From Gammaproteobacteria bacterium (GTDB lineage Bacteria; Pseudomonadota; Gammaproteobacteria; Arenicellales; Poriferihabitantaceae), in NCBI GenBank assembly GCA_047639475.1, contig JBLIOD010000010.1, positions 1,454-65,453 on the forward strand: a stretch of DNA of 64,000 bases. Reading direction: 5' to 3'. Below, in pieces: positions 49,488 through 59,904 of this stretch. Within the stretch, counting starts at the first letter, position 1. Each line of letters begins with the position of its first letter. The position numbers and the translations under genes were made by a program. The notes under the pieces are model-generated. The model made no database searches, was not told where the DNA came from, and saw nothing but the letters and a program-made list of their open reading frames with translations.

Positions 49488-50996
49488 CTATTGTTCTCCT
49501 TCGGTAACTTCAGGGCTTGACTGAGAGAGCACTCGGTCCATTGCTTCCTTTGACTTTAAAGTCAGGTTTGCGGTGTTATTCAACGTCAAAGAGCTTAATC
49601 CGCCAAATGTATTTGACCAAGAGGTAACATTGTCAGATTGCTGATCTAAGTAGAGTCTTGACGTTTCTAATGCAGACTGCAAAGCGGCTACAAACACGGC
49701 GTCATTCCTCTTCAGCAAAGCCAATTGGGCTGACTTGAGATCTAAACGAATGGCTTCGTTGATCATGAATTTAGTATTCGCGTCGAGTAAGGCCATCGGG
49801 GCCTCACCGACTGTTCTAACTTTGACCATGCTACCAATATCCGCGAGCAAGCTTTTACCAATGGCCTTAAGTTTGTCTCCTGTGCTGTCTTCCTGCTCTC
49901 CTACAGAGGAGTCGCTAGCGCTCTCTCTTTTGGGTTGTTCAGCGCCAAAATTAGTGTCTTGCATAAACGTCAAAGAAGCCACTTGACTGCTTAAGCTAGC
50001 TAGCTGTTGATAAGTCGCTTCTACATCTACAGGTTCAATCGCTTCTAGCACCGCGATATCGACTGCCAAGGCGCTGCTTACTGCTGCAAAATCGTCGCTA
50101 TCTAATGAGTTTATTTCAGTACCCAGCATTTTCAGATTTGTTACAGCACGCTTAGTATCATCCGTCCAAGCTAAGTTGCGCTCAACAGAAGACAACACTG
50201 ATAAAAATTCTTGCCGCTGCCATTTTGATACAGTTTGACCAACTTGTGCGCCAAGCTGATTGATAGACGCTAGAGACTGTTTTTGCAAAATCTGCGAGCG
50301 AGTTTCCAACACTTGAGTTTGCTCCAGCAGAGCCATTGGCTCTTTGCCTTCTACAGTAGAAATTTGAGCCTTTAACTGCTCTAACAATGCCGTGTTTTCT
50401 GTGAAGCTAGTCTCAACGCTTAAGAATTGATCACTGACTCGCATCTCAATTGAGTCAACGCGCGCAGTGACTCCATCCAATACGTCCACTGACTGCGTTT
50501 GACTGGCTGACAAAGTGTTCAACTGCGTACTCATTGAGGTCACTATTCCGCCGACACCCTGTTGATTCAATGTGCTTTGGTAAAAAGCATAACCCCCTGC
50601 CGCCAAACCACCTAAACCGCACAATAAGGCAAGCCACGCGATGCCATTCCCACCATTGGTTTTCTCGATCAATTTACGCTCCGTGACTACAACGTGTGAC
50701 GGTGATTTAGCGGATAGGGTGTCAGACTGAGTTGCTTTAGTCGATGTTGCTTTATCTGTTACCGCTTTACTCGACCCCCCTTCTGGCACTCTCGATTTAG
50801 CACCTAATTTGCTTTTCTTCGCACTGGCTTTGGTCATTGTCTTAGTGGCCAACGCATTGTCCGCTCGACTTTGCTGTACGGTTGTCTTGGCAGCAGTCGT
50901 TGCCTTAGCACTGCTTACCTTTTCAGAAACCACTTTGGCGCTAGCTTTAGGTGCGTTTTTTTTGGCGGGACTACTTTTATTACTCGGTTTTGCCAC
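49488..50996 (-). CDS. hemX: HemX-family membrane protein
   Basis: Single TM, coiled coil, C-terminal VKVR...ALL...IRLDLKSAQLALL; paired with hemY. Confidence 0.8.
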   Translation of the reverse strand: MAKPSNKSSPAKKNAPKASAKVVSEKVSSAKATTAAKTTVQQSRADNALATKTMTKASAKKSKLGAKSRVPEGGSSKAVTDKATSTKATQSDTLSAKSPSHVVVTERKLIEKTNGGNGIAWLALLCGLGGLAAGGYAFYQSTLNQQGVGGIVTSMSTQLNTLSASQTQSVDVLDGVTARVDSIEMRVSDQFLSVETSFTENTALLEQLKAQISTVEGKEPMALLEQTQVLETRSQILQKQSLASINQLGAQVGQTVSKWQRQEFLSVLSSVERNLAWTDDTKRAVTNLKMLGTEINSLDSDDFAAVSSALAVDIAVLEAIEPVDVEATYQQLASLSSQVASLTFMQDTNFGAEQPKRESASDSSVGEQEDSTGDKLKAIGKSLLADIGSMVKVRTVGEAPMALLDANTKFMINEAIRLDLKSAQLALLKRNDAVFVAALQSALETSRLYLDQQSDNVTSWSNTFGGLSSLTLNNTANLTLKSKEAMDRVLSQSSPEVTEGEQ

Positions 50997-51208
50997 GTTT
51001 GAGCTCTCAATCTTGCATTAAAGTTGTTGTTAGCTAATTAAAATATCACTGCAAGCTAACCTTATTATCGAGTAATTTTACACTTAACAGGTGACCTTTT
51101 ATCTAAATTTTTGTCATTTGGTCAGATTATTCCCTCTATAGCTACTGCGCTTGAATGGAATAGCTAAAGACTATGCATCGCTTGGATGTGATTAACCTAG
51201 CAAAGCTT

Positions 51209-51237
51209 TTGCCCATTAAGCCTCGTTCTTGTAGAAT
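51209..51237 (+). promoter_or_regulatory. sigma70 promoter of fabAB
   Basis: TTGCCC-N17-TAGAAT, 30 nt before the fabA ATG. Confidence 0.6.
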
Positions 51238-51267
51238 GCGGCGCTGCTACTACTCCCTATAAATCAA

Positions 51268-51786
51268 ATGCAACGACAAAATAAATTCAGCTACGATGAA
51301 ATAATCTCATGCGGTAAAGGTGAGTTATTCGGCGAAGGCAACGCTCGATTACCCTTACCAAACATGTTGATGATGGATCGGATTACCCATATCTCTGAAG
51401 AGGGCGGCACGTTTAATAAGGGAGAGATCATTGCTGAGCTCGATATCCATCCTGATTTATGGTTTTTCGCTTGCCATTTCGAATCTGATCCAGTGATGCC
51501 AGGTGCGTTGGGGCTTGATGCATTATGGCAACTGATCGGTTTTCACTTAGGCTGGTTAGGCGGACCGGGTAAAGGACGCGCGTTAGGTGTTGGTGAGGTG
51601 AAATTCTCGGGGCAAATATTGCCTACAGCAAAGAAGGTAACTTATCATTTAAATTTGAAGCGCGTAATTTCAAGAAGATTATTCATGGGTATCGCAGACG
51701 GGACCGTCGCCGTTGACGGCGAAGTGGTATACGAGTGTAACGATTTACGTGTCGGACTATTTACCGATACCAACGCAGCAGGTTAA
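51268..51786 (+). CDS. fabA: 3-hydroxyacyl-ACP dehydratase/isomerase
   Basis: [41 protein letters not shown]. Confidence 0.98.
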   Translation: MQRQNKFSYDEIISCGKGELFGEGNARLPLPNMLMMDRITHISEEGGTFNKGEIIAELDIHPDLWFFACHFESDPVMPGALGLDALWQLIGFHLGWLGGPGKGRALGVGEVKFSGQILPTAKKVTYHLNLKRVISRRLFMGIADGTVAVDGEVVYECNDLRVGLFTDTNAAG

Positions 51787-51789
51787 ATT

Positions 51790-53007
51790 ATGAAAAGAGT
51801 GGTGATTACCGGCCTGGGCATTGTATCTAGCCTGGGCAATAACAAAAAAGAAGTCCGCGATTCATTGCACGCCGGAAAATCAGGCATCGCAGCCGCGCCA
51901 GAGTATGCTGAACTAGGTATGCGCTCACATGTTGACGGCAAAATGAAAATTGACGCCAGTGAACACATTGACCGAAAAATCTATCGATTCATGGGTGATG
52001 CTGCAGCATTCACCTATATTGCCATGCAAGAAGCCATTGAAGACGCGGGCCTAGAAGCCAGCATGGTTGAATCCGAACGCACTGGCTTGGTGTTAGGTAC
52101 GGGCGGCGCCTCTCCTGAAAACTTGGTAAAGGCAGCCGACACGTTGCGAGAAAAAGGCATTCGCCGTGTGGGGCCATATATGGTGACTAAGACGATGGCC
52201 AGTACAGTGCCTGCGTGCATTAGCACGCCATTTAAGATAAAGGGCGTTTCGTATTCTATCTCTTCAGCCTGCTCCACTAGCGCGCATTGCATTGGCCATG
52301 GTGCAGAGTTGATTCAACTGGGTAAGCAAGACGTAGTTTTTGCAGGTGGCGGTGAAGAAGTTCACTGGAGCATGTCGGTATTGTTCGACGGCATGGGCGC
52401 GTTATCTAGCAAGTACAACGACAACCCAACCTCAGCATCACGCCCTTACGATGTTGATAGAGATGGATTCGTTATCTCTGGCGGCGGCAGCGTTTTAGTG
52501 CTGGAAAGCCTGGAACACGCCCAAGCGCGTGGTGCCAAAATATACGGTGAATTAGTCGGTTACGGCGCCACCTCTGATGGCTATGACATGGTGCAACCTT
52601 CAGGCGAAGGGGCCGCACGTTGTATGCGCATGGCCATGCAAGATCTTGATCAGCCAATAGATTACCTCAACGCACACGGCACCAGCACTCCCGTAGGAGA
52701 CACCAAAGAATTACAGGCAGTTAAGGCCGTTTTCACTGATACGTCGCCTGTCATCACTTCAACCAAGTCGTTAAGCGGGCATGCACTTGGTGCAGCGGGT
52801 TCAAACGAAGCGATCTATTCGTTGATTATGATGGAGTCTGGTTTTATCGCAGGCTCCGCTAACATCCAGAACCTTGACCCAGATGCCCAAGGATTCAACA
52901 TCGCAAAAGAAAGAATCGACGACGTAACGATTAACACAGTGATGTCTAACAGCTTTGGCTTTGGCGGCACCAATTGTTCTTTGATATTTCAGCGTTTTAG
53001 TGATTAA
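51790..53007 (+). CDS. fabB: Beta-ketoacyl-ACP synthase I
   Basis: [36 protein letters not shown]; follows fabA. Confidence 0.97.
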   Translation: MKRVVITGLGIVSSLGNNKKEVRDSLHAGKSGIAAAPEYAELGMRSHVDGKMKIDASEHIDRKIYRFMGDAAAFTYIAMQEAIEDAGLEASMVESERTGLVLGTGGASPENLVKAADTLREKGIRRVGPYMVTKTMASTVPACISTPFKIKGVSYSISSACSTSAHCIGHGAELIQLGKQDVVFAGGGEEVHWSMSVLFDGMGALSSKYNDNPTSASRPYDVDRDGFVISGGGSVLVLESLEHAQARGAKIYGELVGYGATSDGYDMVQPSGEGAARCMRMAMQDLDQPIDYLNAHGTSTPVGDTKELQAVKAVFTDTSPVITSTKSLSGHALGAAGSNEAIYSLIMMESGFIAGSANIQNLDPDAQGFNIAKERIDDVTINTVMSNSFGFGGTNCSLIFQRFSD

Positions 53008-53113
53008 CCAATGCGCTTAAAATAAGCTTAACAAACAGACGTCACATTAGCTGACAGTTCAGCCACTATAGGTATAATACGACCTTTAATCTATTAGTTC
53101 ATTCAATACACTC

Positions 53114-54310
53114 ATGAAAATAGCACAAGCAACAGTTCGGACACTCATTACCGCGAGTTTATTTGCCAGTATGGGCGCTCAACTAGCGTTCGCCGCAGAA
53201 TACACCAAGGTAACTCGTTTAGGCGGTCAACCCACTTCGATCTGTCGTCCTGCCATTAACAGCGCGGATGAACTACAGTCATTTGCAATAAATCAATCGC
53301 AAGACGTGATCGACATTCTAAATTCAGCTGGATGGACAGGCAACTCTGCAGATTTCTTTTCAGCAGTCGAGCAAGGCCAGTTTACTGAGAAAACTTACGA
53401 AGTCGGTTCAAAATTTGAATGGATGGGCGAGCGATCTAAAGGCAATGTGGTAGCCAAGCCTAAAAAGATCTGGGCCGGTAAACAAGCTTTTGGCGGCTTC
53501 GAGCTCAACGTGGTTTCTAACTGCCAACAGCATACTATCGTCATCCCCAAGGCCTGCTGTAACGTATCGTTAGTCGCAAGCAGCACCGTAGAGATGCCCT
53601 CGCCAAAAGTGACTACCAGCCTAGCAGGCGACATGGTCAGAATCAAAACACACAGCGGCAGTGCAAGCACCATCACTGAACTGGTTCACCCTGATGGCAG
53701 CACCGAAATGTTAGACACCTCAAGCGGCAGCTGGTCAGGCAAACTCGATCCTGGAGATTATAAAGTTAGCTCCAAAACAGCCAGTGATTGTGGTGAATCT
53801 GCAGCAGCGACCAACGGATTCACTGTTGATGAGCCGGTAGCTCCCACGGTTGTTGAAGCAGCGACTCGCAGCGGTTTCTTCATAGCGCCATTTGTAGGTC
53901 GTCAAATCCGCGCTATCGACCCACCATTAGTAGGCGTTACGATAGGTCATTTAAAACCACTCAGCGAAAACGTAGATTTCTTGATGCAAGGCGGCGCTTC
54001 GTACAACTTAAAACACGAAGAGCTATCACTATTTGTTGATGTCGGCCTAGAGCGCAAGTTTGGTAACAACGGCGGCTTTATCGGCGCCGGCATTGGCTGG
54101 TGGGATTTCAACACAGATGACTTCTTAACAAACAGCACCCAATACACGCGAGAAGACACTACTTATTTCGTGCACGGCGGCGCCAACACTCGGTGGTCAT
54201 ATCGCGATGCGCCGGTACAGTGGTTCGCAGAAGCCCGCGTATTTAGCGACTTCACTGATGACCTCACCAATCACCAGATACTAAAACTGGGTCTTAGATA
54301 TAATCACTAG
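53114..54310 (+). CDS. Hypothetical exported protein with a probable C-terminal outer-membrane beta-barrel
   Basis: Signal peptide; Cys-containing N-domain; alternating beta strands ending LKLGLRYNH. Confidence 0.65.
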   Translation: MKIAQATVRTLITASLFASMGAQLAFAAEYTKVTRLGGQPTSICRPAINSADELQSFAINQSQDVIDILNSAGWTGNSADFFSAVEQGQFTEKTYEVGSKFEWMGERSKGNVVAKPKKIWAGKQAFGGFELNVVSNCQQHTIVIPKACCNVSLVASSTVEMPSPKVTTSLAGDMVRIKTHSGSASTITELVHPDGSTEMLDTSSGSWSGKLDPGDYKVSSKTASDCGESAAATNGFTVDEPVAPTVVEAATRSGFFIAPFVGRQIRAIDPPLVGVTIGHLKPLSENVDFLMQGGASYNLKHEELSLFVDVGLERKFGNNGGFIGAGIGWWDFNTDDFLTNSTQYTREDTTYFVHGGANTRWSYRDAPVQWFAEARVFSDFTDDLTNHQILKLGLRYNH

Positions 54311-54332
54311 TTATTAAACTAGTATCAAAATT

Positions 54333-54358
54333 AAAAGCGGCCATTGGCCGCTTTTTTT
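54333..54358 (+). terminator. Rho-independent terminator (bidirectional)
   Basis: AAAAGCGGCCA-T-TGGCCGCTTTTTTT. Confidence 0.88.
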
Positions 54359-54396
54359 ATGTAACTCAGCCCCGTATAGGGTGAAGATTTTGCCCT

Positions 54397-55608
54397 TTAT
54401 AATAGTAAAGTCAGCAGGGCTTTCTCCAAGGCTGCCAATCCCTCTACAATTTCCGCTTCAGTCACCACCAAGGGCGGCGCTAATCGCAGCACATCCGGCC
54501 CTGCAACTAGCACCAATAAGCCGTTGGTCATACATGATTCAACAATTTCTCTCGCTCTACCAGCGTGACTCGGCTTTAGTTCGCAGCCGATCAACAAACC
54601 TGCACCGCGAATATCAGCAAACAAATTTGTTTTATCATTTATCGCCTTCAAACCATCAAATAGTTGCTTGCTTCTTTGTTGTACCATCACCTGCATTTCA
54701 GGCGTGTTAGTCAATTCCACCACTTTGCTCGCCACCGCACAAGCCATTGGATTACCGGCATAAGTTGAACCATGCACGCCGACGGTAAACGCATTGGCCA
54801 CCTCATCTTTGGCCAGCGTCGCACCAATTGGCATACCACCGCCTAAGCCTTTTGCACTGGTTAGAATATCCGGTTCGACGCCAAGGCTTTGATATCGGTA
54901 AAAATGTCCTGTGCGCATAACGCCCGTTTGCACTTCGTCAAAAATAAGTAGGGCATTGTGTTCATCACACAATTTGCGCAAACCCTCCATGAAAGACTGT
55001 TTCGCCGGTAACACCCCGCTTTCACCCAATATAGGCTCGATGATAACCGCACAGGTATTCTTGTTCAGCGCAGCTTTAGCAGCATCAAGATCATTGTAAG
55101 GGATGTGGCGAATACCTTCGGGCTTAGGCCCAAAACCGTCGCTATACTTCGCTTGCCCTCCAACACTAACTGTAAAAAATGTCCGCCCATGAAACGATTC
55201 GTTAAAGGCTACTATTTCATTTTTTTCTGCCCCATACTTATCAAACGCGTAACGTCTCGCCAATTTAAGTGCTGCCTCATTGGCCTCTGCACCGCTATTG
55301 GAAAATATCACCTTATCGGCGAAAGTAGCGCCAACCAACTGCTTCGCCAGTTTGATGGCCGGTTGCGTAGTCAGCAGATTGCTGACATGCCAGTATTGCT
55401 CAGCTTGAGCGTGTAACGCACCGATTAAAGCGGGATGCGCGTGCCCCAGCACACTGACAGCTATACCGGCGGCAAAATCTATATATTCTTTATTTTCGGT
55501 ATCCCATAACTTCGCCCCCTTGCCATACGCAGGCATAATTGAAATCGGTGCATAGTTCGGAAAAAGGTATTGATCGTATTCGGATCTTGTTGGTTCAGAT
55601 AGAGACAT
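54397..55608 (-). CDS. argD: Acetylornithine/succinylornithine aminotransferase
   Basis: YIDFAAGIAV, NSGAEANEAA, SFHGRT, FDEVQTG, SAKGLGGG, HGSTYAGNP. Confidence 0.9.
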   Translation of the reverse strand: MSLSEPTRSEYDQYLFPNYAPISIMPAYGKGAKLWDTENKEYIDFAAGIAVSVLGHAHPALIGALHAQAEQYWHVSNLLTTQPAIKLAKQLVGATFADKVIFSNSGAEANEAALKLARRYAFDKYGAEKNEIVAFNESFHGRTFFTVSVGGQAKYSDGFGPKPEGIRHIPYNDLDAAKAALNKNTCAVIIEPILGESGVLPAKQSFMEGLRKLCDEHNALLIFDEVQTGVMRTGHFYRYQSLGVEPDILTSAKGLGGGMPIGATLAKDEVANAFTVGVHGSTYAGNPMACAVASKVVELTNTPEMQVMVQQRSKQLFDGLKAINDKTNLFADIRGAGLLIGCELKPSHAGRAREIVESCMTNGLLVLVAGPDVLRLAPPLVVTEAEIVEGLAALEKALLTLLL

Positions 55609-55792
55609 AATTTGAAGGCAATCAAAACTGGGTGTATCAGAAAAAATAAAACGCTGGTAAACTTAAAATCCGTGACTATATTACAGGGTAAGCTGATAAT
55701 TGAGCATTCTAAATTATCTCTCAGCTGTAAATAGATAGACAGTACGCACTTAACCTTAACAAAACTCGTCCCCATTTTCTCAATAAAACCTA

Positions 55793-57064
55793 ATGGAGTC
55801 TAGTTCAAATCAGCGGCTAAGCGACCGCTTTTCAGATATTGAAAGATGGATGATTCCCATTTTACTGCTATTGATCGTGGTGGTAGGCGTGATCAGAATC
55901 ATACCGTGGGCGGAAGAAAAGATTTTCCCGTCGCCAATTCAAGTTGCGGATGTGGTTTCTGAAAATAGCACCTCGCAAGACAACTCCACCATTGAAGTTG
56001 ATTTAGAGTTAGCACCAGTCATCCTTGTAGATGGTAAGGATTTGCCCGAGGCTCGCAGTGAAGACTTAACCAACTCACTCAATAAAATAAATGAAACCCT
56101 GACCATTGAGATTCAGACTGACGCAGCCGACAATATTCTAACCAACGAGTTAGCGATGGACCAAGTCATTGTCGAAGAAGCGGGCGTGATTGAAGTCGCT
56201 TCAGTGGTTAATCCTGATGACCCCATTGCCGAGTCTAAACAGACAGTCTCTGTTGAAAACACAGGGAAAACAAAGGAAATTCAACTAATTTCGAATAAAA
56301 GCCCTGAGCAAGTTATAGCGGTTGAGACGAATACTGTGCTGGATGAAACTGACTCAAATATTGTCCCAGTTGAATTAAGTGAATTGGCCGGTTTGGCGCC
56401 CATCAAAGATGACTTAGCGATCAAAGAACTGGATGAACTGAACAATCAAGCCAGCAACACCCTGGTTAGTACTGTGGAACCAATTCCTGTCGTTGCAGCG
56501 GAGTCAATCAGTCAAGAAGATCTCGCCTCTGTTACTGAGAAAGGGTCCAACGAGACGGCGACCCCCAACATAGCGGAACCTGAACTTAAAATTGAGCTAG
56601 TATCAGATGCCCAACAGCAAGCGACACTGAACGCTCCAGAGTCTGCAGACGAAACATTCAGTGAAATCCCTGAGAACACCATTGCTGAAGCAATGCCATG
56701 GGAAAGTGTTAACACACTAATTGATCGTTGGGCTTCAGCTTGGGAAAACAAAGAGGTGGTTGAATATCTAACCGCCTACGCGTCAGACCATAAAGGCCAG
56801 AAACATGCAACGGCAGAGCAGTGGAGACAATGGCGAACCCAACGCCTAACTGCCCCTGATTCTATTAGTATAAAACTATCTGACCGTGGGGTTAATTACG
56901 ACAACAGCAACCCAAACTACGCGTCAGCACAGTTCACTCAAGACTACCAAACAACGAATTACTCAGACACGGTCATTAAGCGTCTTGAATTCAAGAAACA
57001 GTCCTCGGGGTGGAAAATCATCAAAGAAAGCACTATCACCACCCTAAACGTTAACCGATCGTAG
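55793..57064 (+). CDS. Membrane-anchored protein with a long acidic linker and a C-terminal NTF2-like (Cds6-type) domain
   Basis: N-terminal TM; W..AWE.K....YL..Y....W...R..RL, F.Q.Y....YSD...K.L......WKI.KE. Confidence 0.75.
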   Translation: MESSSNQRLSDRFSDIERWMIPILLLLIVVVGVIRIIPWAEEKIFPSPIQVADVVSENSTSQDNSTIEVDLELAPVILVDGKDLPEARSEDLTNSLNKINETLTIEIQTDAADNILTNELAMDQVIVEEAGVIEVASVVNPDDPIAESKQTVSVENTGKTKEIQLISNKSPEQVIAVETNTVLDETDSNIVPVELSELAGLAPIKDDLAIKELDELNNQASNTLVSTVEPIPVVAAESISQEDLASVTEKGSNETATPNIAEPELKIELVSDAQQQATLNAPESADETFSEIPENTIAEAMPWESVNTLIDRWASAWENKEVVEYLTAYASDHKGQKHATAEQWRQWRTQRLTAPDSISIKLSDRGVNYDNSNPNYASAQFTQDYQTTNYSDTVIKRLEFKKQSSGWKIIKESTITTLNVNRS

Positions 57065-57102
57065 CTCCAAGTCCCTGGCTTTGTCTGCGCCTTATCTCGG
57101 CT

Positions 57103-58137
57103 TTACCTGACATTTCGGCTCAAGGCCAACTGTGTAACAAACAAACAAACTGTCAACAACAGCACTGCCCCTATTTGATGCAAGGCTGCAATAGGGATTG
57201 GCACATGCCATAACAGCGTTAATAAGCCCAGCGTATACTGAACGCCCACCGAAATAATTACGCCATACAGACCCATTTTCAGCAAGCGCTCTAAGGGTAA
57301 CTTCAAAGCACAGACTGCTACAATAATGGCGACCAGTGTCGTCAAGGTCGCGAGCAAACGATGGTTAAATTGCACGGTAGCCACATTTTCAAATAAGTTA
57401 ACCCATGGTGGGTTCAGCGCCAGATACCCCTCAGGCACCCAATTTCCATTCATCAACGGAAAAGTGTTAAAGGCGAATCCTGCTTTAGTCCCCGCAACAA
57501 ATCCTCCTGCAAGAATAGTAATAAAGACTAAAAGACATAACGCAGACAATGTGGTGACATATCCCAGAGGTAGCGGATAGCGCTGTTTAAAATTGCTAAA
57601 CCTAAGGCTAAATGCCGTCCACATAATTGAGGCATAAAGTAACAATGCCAAACCCAGGTGGGCCACCAACCGATATTGACTTACATGCGGATTACCCACC
57701 AAACCGCTTTTAACCATATACCAGCCCAATAAGCCTTGCGCACCACCAAGTATAAACAAGATCAGTAGCTTTAATTTTAGCGTTACCGATAAAGGATAAC
57801 GAATAAAGAAAAAAACCATTGGTATTAAAAATAACAACCCGATCAACCGACCTAAGAGGCGATGCAAGTACTCAAACCAGAAGATAGACTTAAATCCACC
57901 TAAGGCCATAGTTTGGTTTATTTTGATAAACTCGGGGCTGGTCTTATAAAGATCAAAAGCGGCGATCCATTGCTCTAAATTCAAAGGCGGAAGTACGCCC
58001 ATAATTGGCTGCCATTGCACCATTGACAAACCCGATCCAGTCAAACGGGTGACGCCTCCCAGCGCAATCATACCTATCAGCACCAACCCGACAGTGAACA
58101 GCCAGAATGCGATCTTATTATTTTGCTGCTGATTCAT
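57103..58137 (-). CDS. ctaA: Heme A synthase (COX15/CtaA type 2)
   Basis: GGVTRLTGSGLSM..W, FEYLHRLLGR, GWYMVKSGL, RLVAHL, QFNHR, HQ. Confidence 0.95.
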   Translation of the reverse strand: MNQQQNNKIAFWLFTVGLVLIGMIALGGVTRLTGSGLSMVQWQPIMGVLPPLNLEQWIAAFDLYKTSPEFIKINQTMALGGFKSIFWFEYLHRLLGRLIGLLFLIPMVFFFIRYPLSVTLKLKLLILFILGGAQGLLGWYMVKSGLVGNPHVSQYRLVAHLGLALLLYASIMWTAFSLRFSNFKQRYPLPLGYVTTLSALCLLVFITILAGGFVAGTKAGFAFNTFPLMNGNWVPEGYLALNPPWVNLFENVATVQFNHRLLATLTTLVAIIVAVCALKLPLERLLKMGLYGVIISVGVQYTLGLLTLLWHVPIPIAALHQIGAVLLLTVCLFVTQLALSRNVR

Positions 58138-58155
58138 AAAAGGAAAAAACGACCC

Positions 58156-58980
58156 TTAATTAAAGCTAGGCTGACAGCCATGTTGATATACCTTGATCTT
58201 TCGACCACTGACTTTCGCCAAGGTCATTTGACCTCCCCATAGGCAACCGCTGTCCAAGGCCACGTGATTGCCATCATACCAATGCCCTGCCGAAGACCAA
58301 TGGCCAAATATAATTCGCCAGTCTCCTCTAGGCTGCGCCCCCAGACGATACCAGGGGTATAAGTTGTTTGGTTGCGAACCGGGCGCACTGTTGTAGACAA
58401 AGTTAAGCCCACCTTGCTTAGTGCAAAACCGCATTCGCGTAAATGCATTAATAATGAACCGATACCGATTCCAACCTTTCAATTGGGGTTTCCACTTCAC
58501 GGGTCGTTTGCCGTACATCTCTTTTAGTAACGTACAGTAGTCATCACTTTGCAAAATCTCTTCAACCTCCGCGGCATAACTTTGCGCTTGGGCCAAGCTC
58601 CAATAAGGATAAATTCCCGCGTGCACCAGCACGCAATGAGACTTCTTATCGGTGATCATCAGCGGTTGACGTCGCAGCCAATTCAATAACTCGTCGCAAT
58701 CTGGGGCATTGAGAATGGGATCCAAAGTGGCCGTGTTTTGAATTTCTTTGACTCCGGCGTGCAATGCCAGCAAATGTAAATCGTGGTTGCCCAATACGAC
58801 CTTGGCGCGTTTACCCAAGCTCTTAACGTACCTGAGTGTTTCTAGAGACTGTGGACCGCGGTTGACCAAATCACCAACAAACCAAAGTTGATCTTTGTCC
58901 TTCTGGTATGGGGAGTTGCTTAATACCTTTTTCAGGGAACCTAAACAGCCTTGTATATCACCAACCGCATACTTAGCCAT
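58156..58980 (-). CDS. apaH: Symmetrical bis(5'-nucleosyl)-tetraphosphatase
   Basis: GDIQGC, GDLVNRGP, GNHDLHLL, FTRMR, FGHWS, LDSGCLWGG. Confidence 0.97.
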   Translation of the reverse strand: MAKYAVGDIQGCLGSLKKVLSNSPYQKDKDQLWFVGDLVNRGPQSLETLRYVKSLGKRAKVVLGNHDLHLLALHAGVKEIQNTATLDPILNAPDCDELLNWLRRQPLMITDKKSHCVLVHAGIYPYWSLAQAQSYAAEVEEILQSDDYCTLLKEMYGKRPVKWKPQLKGWNRYRFIINAFTRMRFCTKQGGLNFVYNSAPGSQPNNLYPWYRLGAQPRGDWRIIFGHWSSAGHWYDGNHVALDSGCLWGGQMTLAKVSGRKIKVYQHGCQPSFN

Positions 58981-59012
58981 AAAGCGTTACTAATTTTTTA
59001 AACATTTCCGAA

Positions 59013-59786
59013 TCAATCATCAAACAAGTCTTCTTCAAATTCATCTTCTTCCGTCTCTGGAAGCACACCATCGTGAATGGCTTTCAGTCTAGCCTGAGCG
59101 TAGCTTTCTCTAATAAAGGCATAGGGGTCAACTTGCAGATCGAAGGTCTCATCGAAGCCCAGCAACCCTGCACGCTGATCAATAAGCCGTAACGTCGTTA
59201 GGCCCGTTGCTAAATTCGCATCCAAATCTAGAACCGTGGTTACATCGGCTAATGCGTAGCGTGCGATGGTGCCACCAAAATCACGCACATTGCTCGGACC
59301 TAAAAATGGCAGCATAATATAAGGGCCTGATTCTATCCCCCAAACCGCAAAGGTTTGACCAAAATCTTCTTTGTGTTTGGGTAAGTTCATCGAAGTGGCA
59401 ACGTCAAAAATCCCTAGAATGCCGACGGTAGAGTTAACTAAAAACCGGCCCAAGGATTTTGCTGCTTGTTTAGGCTTCCCTTGTAACAGGTCGTTTACCG
59501 TGGTTGCTGGCTCGAGTAGGTTCGAGAAAAAGTTTGCAACGCCGGCACGCACAGGCCGCGGCAATACTTTTTTGTAACCTTTGGCTACTGGCTTCAAAAT
59601 AGCATTATCTAGCGCCACATTGAACCCATAAACTGCCCGATTCATTTTTTCAAACGGGTCGATATTAGTGTTTTTATCTACTACCTCTGTAGATTGAGTC
59701 TCAACCTGGTTAGGCGAAGAAGTGGTGGCACAACCCGTTAGTAGTAAGCTGGTCGCCAGTAATAGAGCTAAAATTGATGATCGCAT
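59013..59786 (-). CDS. mlaA: MlaA/VacJ lipoprotein
   Basis: Lipobox LTGC, DPFEKMNR, EDFGQT, GPYIMLPFLGPS. Confidence 0.96.
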   Translation of the reverse strand: MRSSILALLLATSLLLTGCATTSSPNQVETQSTEVVDKNTNIDPFEKMNRAVYGFNVALDNAILKPVAKGYKKVLPRPVRAGVANFFSNLLEPATTVNDLLQGKPKQAAKSLGRFLVNSTVGILGIFDVATSMNLPKHKEDFGQTFAVWGIESGPYIMLPFLGPSNVRDFGGTIARYALADVTTVLDLDANLATGLTTLRLIDQRAGLLGFDETFDLQVDPYAFIRESYAQARLKAIHDGVLPETEEDEFEEDLFDD

Positions 59787-59904
59787 TATGAGTCTTAATT
59801 TAGGGGCTAAGTTAAACAGAAATTAACATGAGTCGTATGCACTGCAACTTAACAGTGAAAAAAGGTTACCTGACCTTATTTCGTCCTCTTTCGCTGAAGA
59901 AGGT

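Noticed and set aside
55690-55730. Imperfect hairpin between argD and the NTF2-like gene as a riboswitch or ARG box
   Set aside because: AT-rich and weak; matches no riboswitch or ArgR consensus I know.
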